A stretch of 63,912 bases of DNA, counting the filler, from Licmophora abbreviata (taxonomy: Eukaryota): NCBI GenBank assembly GCA_900291995.1. It is 11 parts of 11 records of this genome, joined end to end, with 100 filler letters (N's around TTAATTAATTAA, not from the genome) between each part and the next. Parts side by side here need not be neighbours in the genome. Positions count along the whole stretch, not along the records: positions 21,017 to 22,279 come from OLMU01001951.1; positions 22,380 to 24,530 come from OLMU01001952.1; positions 24,631 to 29,460 come from OLMU01001953.1; positions 29,561 to 45,275 come from OLMU01001954.1; 7 more parts are not named here. One strand, 5' to 3'. Positions 21,965-34,121 of this stretch are shown here, one piece after another; positions within the stretch are counted from its first letter, which is position 1; each line of letters begins with the position of its first letter. The position numbers and the translations under genes were made by a program. Under the pieces are notes generated by a model. It was not told the origin of the DNA. It saw only the letters and a list, made by a program, of their open reading frames with translations, and searched no databases.

Positions 21965-22447
21965 CTAGTCGTGCGTATACTCCGGTTCCTTCTTGAACAA
22001 GACCAACTTGTCCTTGTCTGCCCGCTGCTCGTTCGTCCCATTGGAAGGATCCTTCAAAACGGAGAACATTTCCCTCCTATCAAAAGTTTCTGCTTCCTCA
22101 GACTTTGCCAGTCCTTCTTCCTCGTCTCCTGAAGTGCTGTCGTCAACAACAACATCTGGCTGTTGGCCGAGACTACGGAATGATGTCGTGAACGTTTTCT
22201 TCACTTCGTTGAGAATCGATTCTCTTGTCGCGTCAATGCAGCCGTGCAGGGCCTGGTCGGTAGCCTTGCCGTCCCCCTCNNNNNNNNNNNNNNNNNNNNN
22301 NNNNNNNNNNNNNNNNNNNNNNNTTAATTAATTAANNNNNNNNNNNNNNNNNNNNNNNNNNNNNNNNNNNNNNNNNNNNCCCTCGGCCGCAGAAGCGAAG
22401 GACTGAAAGGCGGGACATGACTCGAAGAATTCACAATCAGCGCTCAT
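21965..22447 (-). CDS. Small acidic hypothetical protein, tandem paralog B, middle hidden by gap 22280-22379
   Basis: N-terminus MSADCEFFESCPAFQS from ATG 22447; C-terminus LHGCIDATRESILNEVKK..DRREMFSVLK..KDKLVLFKKEPEYTHD*. Confidence 0.65.
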
Positions 22448-23001
22448 GCAGATAACTTGCTCGGCGGGATGTCATCTGTTGTAATGCACTAGTAGCAGAC
22501 CAAGCGTCTTTGACTGGCTCCCATTTGATGAAATCAACGGAACCCAGGTTCATCGTAAGCCAGAAGAGACTGTAAGCAGGATTGCATCGAAACGAGCGAG
22601 ACACGAGTGGGAGTCAGTCACAAAACAAGATTTTGTGTCGCATGCGACAGAAAATGTCGCTTGTGACACCTGGCGAGTTAGTTCGATTTTGCACCTGTTG
22701 AACCCCGTCAGGAACCAGTTGCGGGTGCAACGGTAAAATAGTTTGATGGGGAAGCTTTCGCGTTATGGAATCATATGTGAGAGGCAGCATTGCGCCATGA
22801 AACACAAAGAGCTTCCACCGGAGGTTCCATGATCGGCCTCTCAGCGTTCTCAACAGGGACGGCAGAGATTTGGCGTGCCTCGGAGAGAGAAAAAACTTCC
22901 GTGCATGAGAAGAGCCGGTCACTTAGCAGAGCCGCTCGATGCATCTTCGCTCACTCTCGGATGGATTCAGTGCTTGGTACGATTTGATCCCAGCGGCAAC
23001 G

Positions 23002-24387
23002 TTATGCGCTAGCGTTTGGCGACCTCCGTTCTCGTAGCGCCAACCACAGGCAGTACGGCAAGGTCAAGGTCACGGCGATCCCACAAGATACATTGACCAC
23101 CACATCGTGCCCGTCCGATGCAGCCGCAATCAACGGATACTGAAGCAGACTGAAAACAGCACTTATCAGTAGTCCAAGTCCAGCCAGGGTACCGTAGTTG
23201 GCGTATCCAAAACGCTTTCCCACGTTCGTAAAGTAATTTCCAAATACCAACATTCTTCCGACACTGTAAAACACAAGTCCTACTACTTGTGCATCTAGAC
23301 TGATCCTTGTTGACGCAAGAATAAACATTGAAGCAGCCGAGAGCGCCGTCGCGAGTCCTTGAGCCACTCCGAGGCCGAGTTTGTCGGCGAGATAGCCCGC
23401 GAATGGGGCCAGTACAGCAGCCCCGGCGTAGGTAATGGAGAAGATGTCGGTGTAGAAGCCGTCATCGTCCCCTCGTTCCTCCAATTGGAAGCCGATAGAG
23501 CCAACATAGTACTGTAGTGGAACCAGGAGGATAGAGAACCATAACAACAGGCCCACGTATTCCAAACTTTTCATTTGCTGGATCGCAGTCGGTGGCTCTG
23601 AATCTTCATTCAGAAACTTGTCTGCTGAGTCTGCAGCTGTGTCTATGTCGCTTTCACTTCTTGCACTCTCGTTCTCAAGGCCGTTGCTGTCTTCGCAATC
23701 GGCGACGTCTGTCGCACATGCCTCGTCATCGCCCACCTCGGCCTCATTCAGGGCGGATACAGACGGAACATCGGTTTCGCCAATACCTTCCACTGCGCTT
23801 TCGTCTGCCAGAAGAAAAGATCCATCTCTAGGCAACAGCAAGGCAGCCAAAAGCGCGAGCCCCATAATAAAGAGAGAGAACCCAAGAAAGGAGCTTTTGC
23901 GACTGTCTGATACACTTGTCAGAGCCAGAAAAACTAGTCCCGATAATTGGAATGCCCCCGACAATGACGCCAGAATTGACCCAGAGTGTTCTGGGAAAAG
24001 ACTTGCCACGGGCTGGAGGCACAACTGCGCTCCAGATCCCAGTCCCACGAACAGCATCGACGCTCCCAGAGCCAACCCATTATTCACGTCGCTCAGCGCA
24101 ATCCCAAGCGACCCGGCTGCCGTACACGACAGGGCGAAACATGCCACGCTGCGAGTTCCGTAGCGGTCTCGTGCCACGCCCGTAAAGAATCTTCCTCCCT
24201 GTGTACTCCAAGCGCCGGCGGTGAAGATGGCGCCGAGTTGCTTCTCCGTCAATGTCGAACCGTCATCGCGGAGATCTTGACGCAGTGCTGGCCAGCCGTA
24301 CACGACGCCGGCCCCGAGTGAGATGCTCAGAAACGAAAAAGCGAACAAGACCCATTTCCTCTGTCGATGATAGTACTTCTCAAACAT
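23002..24387 (-). CDS. MFS transporter, SLC43/FMP42-like
   Basis: About 12 hydrophobic segments in a 6+6 arrangement with an acidic central loop; MFS loop motifs GVARDRYGTR and GYLADKLG; GVVYGWPAL near TM1. Confidence 0.8.
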   Translation of the reverse strand: MFEKYYHRQRKWVLFAFSFLSISLGAGVVYGWPALRQDLRDDGSTLTEKQLGAIFTAGAWSTQGGRFFTGVARDRYGTRSVACFALSCTAAGSLGIALSDVNNGLALGASMLFVGLGSGAQLCLQPVASLFPEHSGSILASLSGAFQLSGLVFLALTSVSDSRKSSFLGFSLFIMGLALLAALLLPRDGSFLLADESAVEGIGETDVPSVSALNEAEVGDDEACATDVADCEDSNGLENESARSESDIDTAADSADKFLNEDSEPPTAIQQMKSLEYVGLLLWFSILLVPLQYYVGSIGFQLEERGDDDGFYTDIFSITYAGAAVLAPFAGYLADKLGLGVAQGLATALSAASMFILASTRISLDAQVVGLVFYSVGRMLVFGNYFTNVGKRFGYANYGTLAGLGLLISAVFSLLQYPLIAAASDGHDVVVNVSCGIAVTLTLPYCLWLALRERRSPNASA

Positions 24388-25005
24388 CCAAGCCAATTTT
24401 CAGCACGCTTAAATTGCTGTCATCTTCGCTGTCATTCAAGATGAAGTCACCCATGGACAGTGTGCGACGACGCTGATGTCGTCACAGCAGGACGGAAGTT
24501 TGTGGGCAGTTTGCTTTCCGAATTTCGAATNNNNNNNNNNNNNNNNNNNNNNNNNNNNNNNNNNNNNNNNNNNNTTAATTAATTAANNNNNNNNNNNNNN
24601 NNNNNNNNNNNNNNNNNNNNNNNNNNNNNNCCGAATTCTGCGCGCAGTTCATCATAACCCATATTTTCTAGCGCAATCCAACGTACAGTTCTTGACGGTT
24701 GTCATATAACAAGCAATTTTTTCACTATATGGTCGCTGGGTTGTATTACGTTCACTCTGTCGAGACCAACCGACTACGGAATCATGGACTCTAGACTAGT
24801 CCTACATCACTACTCGTAGAACGATAACTCTAGGAGACGTTATTCCTCACGTTCTAAGATGATGGCTGTCTTAGTAGAGACTGACTTGCGCCTCGTGTTC
24901 ACAATGTACTGCACGTTCCGCACAATAAAAGGTTAAGAGTCACGCTTGTCTTGCGTGGCATCGCATCATTTCGCCACGAGACTACGTACCCTACCGTTTG
25001 GCAGG

Positions 25006-27709
25006 CTAGCAGTCCGTAGCTACTCCCTCTCTCTTCAATACAACCTTCGCAAGGATCCACTCGCCCCTGTCAACCGATTCTATCGATGCTCCCTCCTCAC
25101 TTCCCAGGATGGGCAGAGTTGCCTGCAACTTCAGGTCCCCGCCTTTCCACGCACGAGGGCGATTGTGACGTTTAAATTCGCGAACGAACACAAGTGGGCG
25201 CGGCCCTTTCGAAGTATCAGCAGGCATCTTCACATAGTATTGTACATAACCCTTCATAAACTCTTCCATGGATGGGATCGCTTTTCTCTCAAGAACGGAC
25301 GCATCTTTGTGACGCAGTTCCGTAGCATTCACGACTTCAGCATGTATTGTCCACGGTCCCACAGATACCGCGTTCTCAATTCCAAAAGAAACCGCTGCAG
25401 GAATCGGCACGGCAAGAATGAGATAGGTATCTCCGCGTGGTTAAAAATGACAGTAATCCGCCTTTTAGCTTACCGTTGTCCCAGCAATCAAATTGGTCCG
25501 AATGTCGCAACGGAAAGCTGTCGGGAAACAAAACAAACACTTTGCCGTGGCCCCCAAGGAATACCGCATAGTCCCGTCGACACTGAAGCCACCCTGATCG
25601 AACCTTATCCACCTGTACTCGTTCCAGAAATGCGATTACGCTCTTCTCGCTGAACATCCCGAGCCCGGCTCTGTGCAGTGTTTCTCGTAAAACAAACTTC
25701 CAAAAAAAGATGTCCTGGTCTCTCCAGGGCGCGGTTTCGAAGATCAATCCCATGGGCGTCCGTTCTACATTGTCGAGAAAAGGGTTGAGTATCGTTTGCA
25801 TTAGTAGCTCACGTGCGTCGTCGCTTTCCGTCGCCAGCGTGCTCAAATGCTTCATGCTGCCCTCGCCGTAAATCTCTTCTAGCAAAGGCAGTAGTTTCCC
25901 GCGGAGCTTGCCTCTCGTCGACCAGTGCGGAGTTGTGTCTTTAAAGTAGGGGACCCCGAAGGTATGAGCATAATCAAGTATCTCCTTCTTCTCAAGTGGC
26001 AGGAGGGGGCGATAGATAACGACCCCGTCGTTGCGAGACAACGGTGTCATTCCCGACAAATCAAGCGGACCACACCCCTTGTGTGAGTTTGACAAGACGT
26101 TCTCCCTTAGATCCCCTCGATGATGCCCAAGCATAACTCCAATTTCAGCTGTCGAGTCATGGGATACCTCTTGGCATTCCTTTACCGTGTCTCGGTATAT
26201 TCCATAGCGGACATCTCTGGCGATGCGTTCATAATCATCTCGTGCCGTGACCCCCCGCGTCACTTCGTCGATTCGACGGCACTTGAATTCAATACCAAGC
26301 CGTGCACAGTATCGCCGTACGTAATCTGCTTCTGCATCAGACTCTGGGCGATTCGCATAGTCGATATGAACTGCGACAATATGCAAGTTGTGGCCAGATG
26401 TGTGCGACAGGTGCGAAAGCACGGATGCAATCACCATGCTATCGACACCCCCTGACAATGACACGATGACATGAGTGAACTCGTCACGATTAGTATTCAA
26501 GGGAGCCGTCTTGGAGGTCTTTGACGAAACGGATATTTGCTTCTTGAGAAAGCTTTGCACGGTCTTGAGAACGATATGTTTGTGCGCTAAGGTCATGTCT
26601 GCCTCAAACGGAAATGCTTCCAAGATGTCTTCGTCAGCAAACCCACTTGCTTCGTGTTCAGTTTCTCCTGTCCGTCGAGCTTCGTCCTGCAGAATCGCCA
26701 AACGTCGATTTGTGGCGTTTCTAAATCGGCGAATCAAGGCATTCATCTGCTCTTCTCTACCGGCTGTGCCTTCGATTCTACTTTGCACCACCTTTACGCT
26801 CTCAATCGTGCTGGCATGTCGATACGGCATGAGAGCAAACACGTACATGGGAACTGGTATCATTCCACACTCAATCTCATCCTTGTGCTGTATCGAGAAA
26901 AGCTCTGCCGTCCTATGGGCCAGTGAGTCCAAGATTGTTTGGGAAGAAAGCGATAGCTTGTTCATTGACGTGGCATTCTCCTCTCTGTACCGGCGAATAT
27001 GTCTAGAGAACTGGTCGAGCGCTACAATGGCCGCCACCTTGCCTTGATAGCCATAGATCTGGGAGTCGTGACACAAATCATACCACAAGCCATTCTCTTG
27101 TGATTCCACCAGCTCACATACGATTCCTTCAAAACTCTCTGTGATTTCGCGGTCTACTCGTTTGCGGTGTTCGTGGGAAGACGCGGCAATCATCCAGAGC
27201 TTCTTTTGAGATATCTCCGGTGTATATTGACCGAACCAGTACTTGAGAATAGACGATATCCGCTGATAATTCTCTAGAGTCTTCCTGGAAGCGCCGCGTA
27301 GACCAGTATTTGTGTCGTTATCATACCGTGAAGCAGAAAGATCGACGTCGGCGGTAGACTGGGGGGGCCGTCGCTCTTGCCTCCCACGCAAACTCTTTAG
27401 TCTTCCAAGAGAAGCCTCTACCACCCGACGTGCCATTTCCTGAAGCTCTTTACCCCTTTTGATCAACGCCCGTCCTTGATCGCTTTCCAGTAGCTGCTGT
27501 CGTTGGTTCGCGTCAAGCAAACAGTCGACGCGCATCATCGATCTGAAACGCTGCATGGCGGGCATGTTCCAAAATCGCACGGCGAGCAATAACAGGGCCA
27601 AGGATGCCGACCGAAGCAAAGCTTTGGTACCACGTGATGATGCTTCGCCATTGTGAGGACGGAGAAAGGCGTTGCGACCGGTGGGAGCGTACGGGGAAAC
27701 CGCCGTCAT
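25006..27709 (-). CDS. tilS: DUF924-like domain fused to tRNA(Ile)-lysidine synthase-like PP-loop ATPase; 2 exons (intron 25395-25473)
   Basis: SLSGGVDSMV, HIDYANRPES, YERIARDVRY, LGHHRGD..EN, RPLL, PYFKDTTP..S.RGKLR; N-terminal ILKYWFG..W..D..I / IVALDQFSRHI / FALMPYRH; a GTAAGC..CAG intron joins the last exon in frame. Confidence 0.82.
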
Positions 27710-27884
27710 GGTGAACCCTGCGAGATCGTGAGAATGCAGGTGGATTTTTTTAGTTTAGATTTTTTTTGCAACAAAAAATCCAAAATCTTTCACGTTTGAC
27801 GACGAGACGCGGCGACGCCCTCAGTCGCCATGATCATAATGGCGATGTAGGCGATGGTATAAAGCGCTCCTTCCATTAGAAACG

Positions 27885-30800
27885 ATGCTGACCACTGGCC
27901 TTCTGTCGTTGTCGATTCACGAGACCCTGACCTTTGATGGGATCGAACTAGCTCTCCATCCTGATCTGTTTGCTGATCCCTCTTCTCGGCAGAACAATAT
28001 CTCGACCGCCCGGCAGCTTCATCGTTCTGGCTCTTCGACATCGCTGGCTACCGCTCCTGCAGGGACTACGGGCAAGAAATTACACAATAGGGTTCCTAGT
28101 CTTAGCGAAGCGCTTCCCGATCTCACTGGGGAGGCCGAGTCAACGGTGGAAGGAGATGAGGGTCGCGCTCCGGCGGGGTCGGCTGAGTCTTCTGTGACTT
28201 TGAGTCGACGACTGGAGGTGGGAGACATGATTGAGATACGTGTTTGGGACCCGATCGAAGGGCGAAAAAGGACCGAAGAGTCCTCAGGTCGTGTCTTCAG
28301 ACGACGAGTGTCACCCCCGAGCGCTTCACTCAGGGGTTCTGTCGCTAGCTCAATGGCTGGGGACGTCCAGAGGACTGCTACCACATCTTCTGTTCTGGAG
28401 GCGGATCCTTCATCGCTGAAAGGAAAGACGGACCTTCATCTATTCTCACGCAGTACTCGACTGACTCAGGAGGTGAAAAAGGAACGGGTTCATCGACAGT
28501 GACTGAGTCCGAACAGCATGGCGAACCTAAACACACGTTTGACGAAGCGATAGCGTCCCGTTCGCCGGATGCCCCAAACACGACGCCTGAGTCCAGCAAG
28601 CCTCCGCCAGTCCCCCGCCCCCGTCTTGCCACTGTCGATGCGATACTTTCTCGTAGCAGTGCACCGCTCAAGCCAGATACGGTGTCCAGATCTCGTACCT
28701 CTGCCACTGCACCAGACGACGCGAGGCTGCGCTCCCCCGTTGCGGCCCAATCCTCGAAGTCGATGTTTCGCAGCCATAGTCGCGATGTTTCTGATATGAC
28801 CGTGGACACTGTGTTCGGGGGAGCACACAGCGGTGGTGGCGATTTGCTGATTCAACCGTCCGAACTGGGGACTTTATCTGTGGATAGCTACGATGATGCG
28901 CATGTCGAAGAGCAGAGCACTCTATCCCGAATCGCCAAGTCACACAATGTTCGACTTTCCTTTGTAATGCTCGTGACAGAAAACATGCTGACATCCATCA
29001 AGGGCTCCGCGAGAACACAGGTCTCCATGTTACGTCAGGTGGCTGACTTATATGAGCTCTCATCGTACGATATGATTAGCATCAACAAGATTGAAAAGAC
29101 TGAGGAGGCGTCGGCTCTGGAGAAGGTGTCTGCTGACTTCATTTCGATATCTTTCAAAGAGCAATTCATTTCACGAGCGGATATGCATTATTTTCAGAAT
29201 TTGTTGATTGGGAGATGGGTTTACGAGGGTGAGAGGCTTGTGGACACAACCAAGGTGAGTAAAGCCCACGCAATATGACCATGCTGCAACGACGGGAACA
29301 CCCTGACCACAGATACGTCCTTGGAATCGTTAGGGTATCACTGCACATGCAAGAGAAATAAGACATAAAAAGCGACTTGCAAGATCAGGAATTGTTACCA
29401 GCGACACATTGATAACGTTTCGGAGCAGATCAGCTCGCATTGTCTGGCTGGTCCAGATTTNNNNNNNNNNNNNNNNNNNNNNNNNNNNNNNNNNNNNNNN
29501 NNNNTTAATTAATTAANNNNNNNNNNNNNNNNNNNNNNNNNNNNNNNNNNNNNNNNNNNNAGCGACACATTGATAACGTTTCGGAGCAGATCAGCTCGCA
29601 TTGTCTGGCTGGTCCAGATTTCGTCCGAAATGTGGGATTATGCATCGCCGTACGAAGCAGGCGAGCACGACAAAGATGCAAGAGACGAAGAGGCCTCATC
29701 TGAGTTGTATTTTGAAAAGTTTGTCGGTTTTATGTATCGCCTCTTTGAGAAATGGCAGGCACTCGAGGTAAGAAAATACCTTGGATGGTGCTGTGGTTAG
29801 GGTTAGCTTCACAAGTCTCACCTGTACCTGTCATGCGCTTACAATCAGGTCACTCATTCACTTACTGTCATATTCTTTAGCCGTACATTTTTGGGTTTAT
29901 CTGCTATGTCAGATGGAAATACTGGACATGCAAATGTCGATGTCTATGGTCGCAGATATGAGGTCAGTACTGAATGATCCATCGGATGGGCTGACAACAT
30001 TTGTATCAACATAAGTCTAATCGTAACCTTTCTTGCGGTCAGGATCACTTCAAAACGGTTGTTGGAAACGAGACATGCATTGATTGGGATTCATTGGTAG
30101 TCCAGATCAAAAGGGAATTCATTAGGTATCCGTTTGAAGTTGGCTGGGACCTCTCTTCTCGGAGTCCGTCGACAGCAATGCAGGGGAACATCCTGGAGGC
30201 AATCAATGTGACGTTGAATCTTATGCAGTTTCATTATCTGGACAGAGATCTCCATCGAACTGGAAATAGCATCGTTGTCGTTTCAGCTGGGTGCGGGGTG
30301 TTCGAAGTGGATAGAGGACTGGCCGGTATTACCTACCAACGAATGATGGACCACGGCATTGGGAGCGATATGCTTAGTCTGGGGCTGCCACCATTGCACA
30401 CAGCACCTTTCTTCCATTACACTGTGAGTAATACTCCTGTTATCATGAATCGATCATAATTCTTGCTCACAAGCCAGGGACTCCTTTCGAATACAGAATG
30501 ATGTTGTCAACGCCGACACGCATGGCGTTAATGCCGATACAACATACCATGAAGTGCCTCACTGGATGCATTTGTCTTTTGTCGGATATGAGGACGCAAC
30601 ACCTTTGGCTGAACCATTTCTTAGATCCGGTAAGTCCCTGTAGTGGGTCTGACTGTTGTGTTCATCAAGCACAGCTCACAAAATCACTCGTCGCACTCAA
30701 GAATCACGGACGGTCCCGGAGCTACCAGCTGTTGAGATAGCGCCAAATGGGTTTCTTTTGCCTCGACAGCCAGATAATCGTGACTCGCTTGAAAAGAAGG

Positions 30801-33800
30801 AACCACTCAGTGTGTCGTCCTTCTCGAGGCTCGCCAATGATGCGGCTTCTCCGAAGCCATCAAAATCTCAGAGCCACCAGCGACGTTTAATATCGGGGCG
30901 AAATTTTCGAGATATTCTTGAAGCGTGTCGCCCTCGTAGCTCTGGCTACTCAATGCCCTCTTCTTTGACCTCTCTACTGCGCATTCGCGAAGACGAGGAA
31001 GGCGGGAAGCTGCGGGGACTGAATAGGGATGTCAACGCGAGGACTCTCGCGAAAAGCCCTCCTCTGAAGGAATGGGGCTCGATCGACTTCAACGAAGTAA
31101 GGTACCGAATGAACCCATCCACGAGAACCCTCTCTGGTCAGAGTCTGGTTGGCGTTGGGTTCGTTGAAAGTGAACGATCTGATTCGAGTGGGAAGTCAAG
31201 TCCTGCTTCGAGCTTTGCCAGTCATATTTCCAGTATTATTGGCCGATCTCCGGCGGTTGCCTCCATTGGGAGTTTGCAGCTTCGTTCGAACGAAGTTCGA
31301 ATCAATCGCTCTCCCTCTATCGTCATGGAGGACAGCGAAAAAGATTACGGGGGGCAATCGGTTAGCAATGAATCTTTTCCATCTTCTGGCATCGCACAAT
31401 CGAGTGTGGGTGAGGAAATGCCATCAGAGAGAAATAGGTCAAGTGGAGGCGAAGCGGAAGATACCGACATCGATGAGCTTCGCCAAAGCATGTTGCACTA
31501 CGATGGAGAGTTCTTCGTACGAGCAGCATCGAAATCAATCGATGGGGCGAGCTTAGCCCTTGCTGCTGGCACGATATCCCCCAATAGCGCCAGTCCCATT
31601 TTCGGGAGTATCGCTACACAGGAGTAAGTAAATTTCACAAGCCCAGACCTCGGCTGGCAGGATCTCTGACCCTCTTATCTCTTCTTTGAAATCAGTCATG
31701 TCCCACCATTAGTTGGTGGGTTAGGTGCGGCGCTCACGCAGTATCAACAGCGCGGCTCGCTTGCAGAGTCGCTTTCAGCCGGGGAAGAAACAAGCGTGAA
31801 GAGGGTTCTTAGCTCAGGAAGGATGGCTACGGCAGGTGGGCGGTCCATGTCAAGCGCTTTCGCAACGCCACATTCTATGGGTCACTTTCTCGATAGGCCT
31901 CTTTCGACATCACCGTTCTTGGCAGGCGACGGGATGCCAGCTGAGGCGGAACCGCCTCATCATGTCTCTCGTGGGCATCTCAATCAGAGGAGCTCTCAGG
32001 AGCTTTCCAGTGCTCAAAAGCCACACGGCCTCGGCGCGTCACCGTTTAGTGCGATATCGCAGCCAATTCGCATCAGACAGGTGCGTGAGAGGAGCTTGGG
32101 GACTTCTCATGCAAGCGGCAATTCTCACTTTTAATTACTTTTGGCGTTCGGTAACCAGGCTTCGATCTCTAGAGCATCAAAGAGCGGTTCCCATACCCGA
32201 GGACAAGTATTGGGCCAAGCTTCAAGGAGCCGAAGGCATGCTCCCCATAGAAACAAGCGCATTCTGAACCCATTTAAACAGAAGGACGAAGAGGAGGCTC
32301 TCGCTGAGAGATCGCACAACAGAAGACGATGGTCGCACGTCTTCCCACTTGGAGAGATTGAGTTTAAGCGCAGTGCGGGCCCAAATTGGAAGTCGCTGTG
32401 CCAACCGGCGATCCTTCCGCTAACGATCGATTACCTCTCTACCCCCCAGGAACTGGCGAATATGACCTTCAGTCACTGGAATAAGTTGCTGGTAGGGATG
32501 GAGCACTCGAACTATACAAGTCACAGAGAGCTCCTAATGGAAATGGTTAGGCAGAGGCTGATTCAAGACTACCAGCTAGTTCCTCCTGGGATCGTTCAGG
32601 AAAGTCGACGTCGAGGTGAAGCTGAGAAGTCACGCGAAATTTTCCCTTCGTTGGCACGTCGTCAAACAATAAGACATGGTTCTGAGAAGTCCCTTCTTTC
32701 AAAACGACATGAAAATTCTGGAAGAAGAGACGGTGTGATCGAACACGTACTCAGCATGGGATACACGATTCACATTTTGAAATTCGATCCAACCTCGGAG
32801 AGCCCCACCATCAGTGTCGTCCAGTATAACTCACGGATCTCTCAGAAGGAACTCACAGCTGTGTTCAACTATCGATACTTTTCATACTCAACATCAACCC
32901 AGGTACGTGTCAACATGCGCCGTTCTTATTCGATCATATCACCCGAAGTAAGCGTATGGAAATACTCACAAAAAATCACGTGCAAAACAGAGTTTCACAA
33001 AGGCTGTCCAAGCTTTCAACAAGTACGGAAACCGGTACCTCTGGAGCAGGGCAGACGCATTAGTGTGCGATGGCGAATACAATCTAACTTCAGAAGACAT
33101 GCGGTTCCGTCGTATCATGTTTGCTCTCATCCCGCCGCGATTCCAGGACACACATGAGGAACTCGAATACGCGGAAAAATTCCGGAGACTTGAGGAATAC
33201 CTTGGTAAGCTCTGTGGGGTAGGAGAGGCAGAGCACACATTGAAGATCCAAATTCTATCGAAGGATGAACATGGCCAGGCTCCATTGGACGATCTCAGTT
33301 ATGCAAAGCGAAGAAGGCTTGGTACCACTGATTTGATGAAAAGATACACTGTGCAACTACGCAAAGGAAAGCGCGATCCGTTCGAATGGATGGAAATGGC
33401 CTTGGATCCAAAGTTCAGCACGACACGAACATTCAGGATAATATTCAACTGGTTAGTCGCTAGCTCAAGCAAGGTCGACACGCAGGTGCAACTACTGCAA
33501 AGACGGTGTACACAGTATGGCTTATCTATTCTGCAAATACCAGAGCTGTCGATCAATGCAAATCTTTTCCTGAACCCGGTAAGTTCGCTTGTTTGATTTC
33601 GCCTCGCCATGCGCCGCTTGCTTCTCGTCTAACACCAGGTACGACGACCTTGTGAAAATTATCGTCAGCTCTCTGCCCCTTGGATTCACTGTATCCGGGA
33701 CAAGCACAATGCATCTGGACTGGAGAAGGGAATTCTTGAGAGAGGGTTTGTAGACGATGGGATCTACATGACACAGCCAAACTTTCTGGACTGTATCGAC

Positions 33801-34037
33801 GATGGAAATGATTACGAGTTTTCTCGGAACTGGAGAGGAGATATTGCAAAGATCCCTGCAAGGCAGTTTGTACATGGAAGTGCAACCTTGTTTGTCCGTT
33901 TGATGGTTGACGAGAAAGGTTGGGCGATCGTCACCGCAATCGAGCACAAGCGTTTGATACACCGGGATAACGAGATGCGGACGAAAGCCCAGAAGGCTTT
34001 TCGAGATGTTTCGAATTTCATTATATCTCTGGCCTAG
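27885..34037 (+). CDS. DEPDC5: GATOR1 subunit DEPDC5/IML1, multi-exon, spans gap 29461-29560
   Basis: FRSRSARIVWLVQISSEMWDY; GNILEAINVTLN..HYLDRDLHRTG.SIVVVSAG.GVFEVD..T.QRM...GIG.D...L..PPLH; RRRWSHVFP; WKSLCQPAILPLTIDY; EMVRQRLIQDYQLV; GT-AG introns such as 32081-32158; start approximate. Confidence 0.9.
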
Positions 34038-34121
34038 CTCGATAAAACTCACGGGCTTGGTGGTTGTTGAATAGTTAGCTTACCAATTTGTCGAAACCCC
34101 TGTTTCATACGCCCAATGGAA

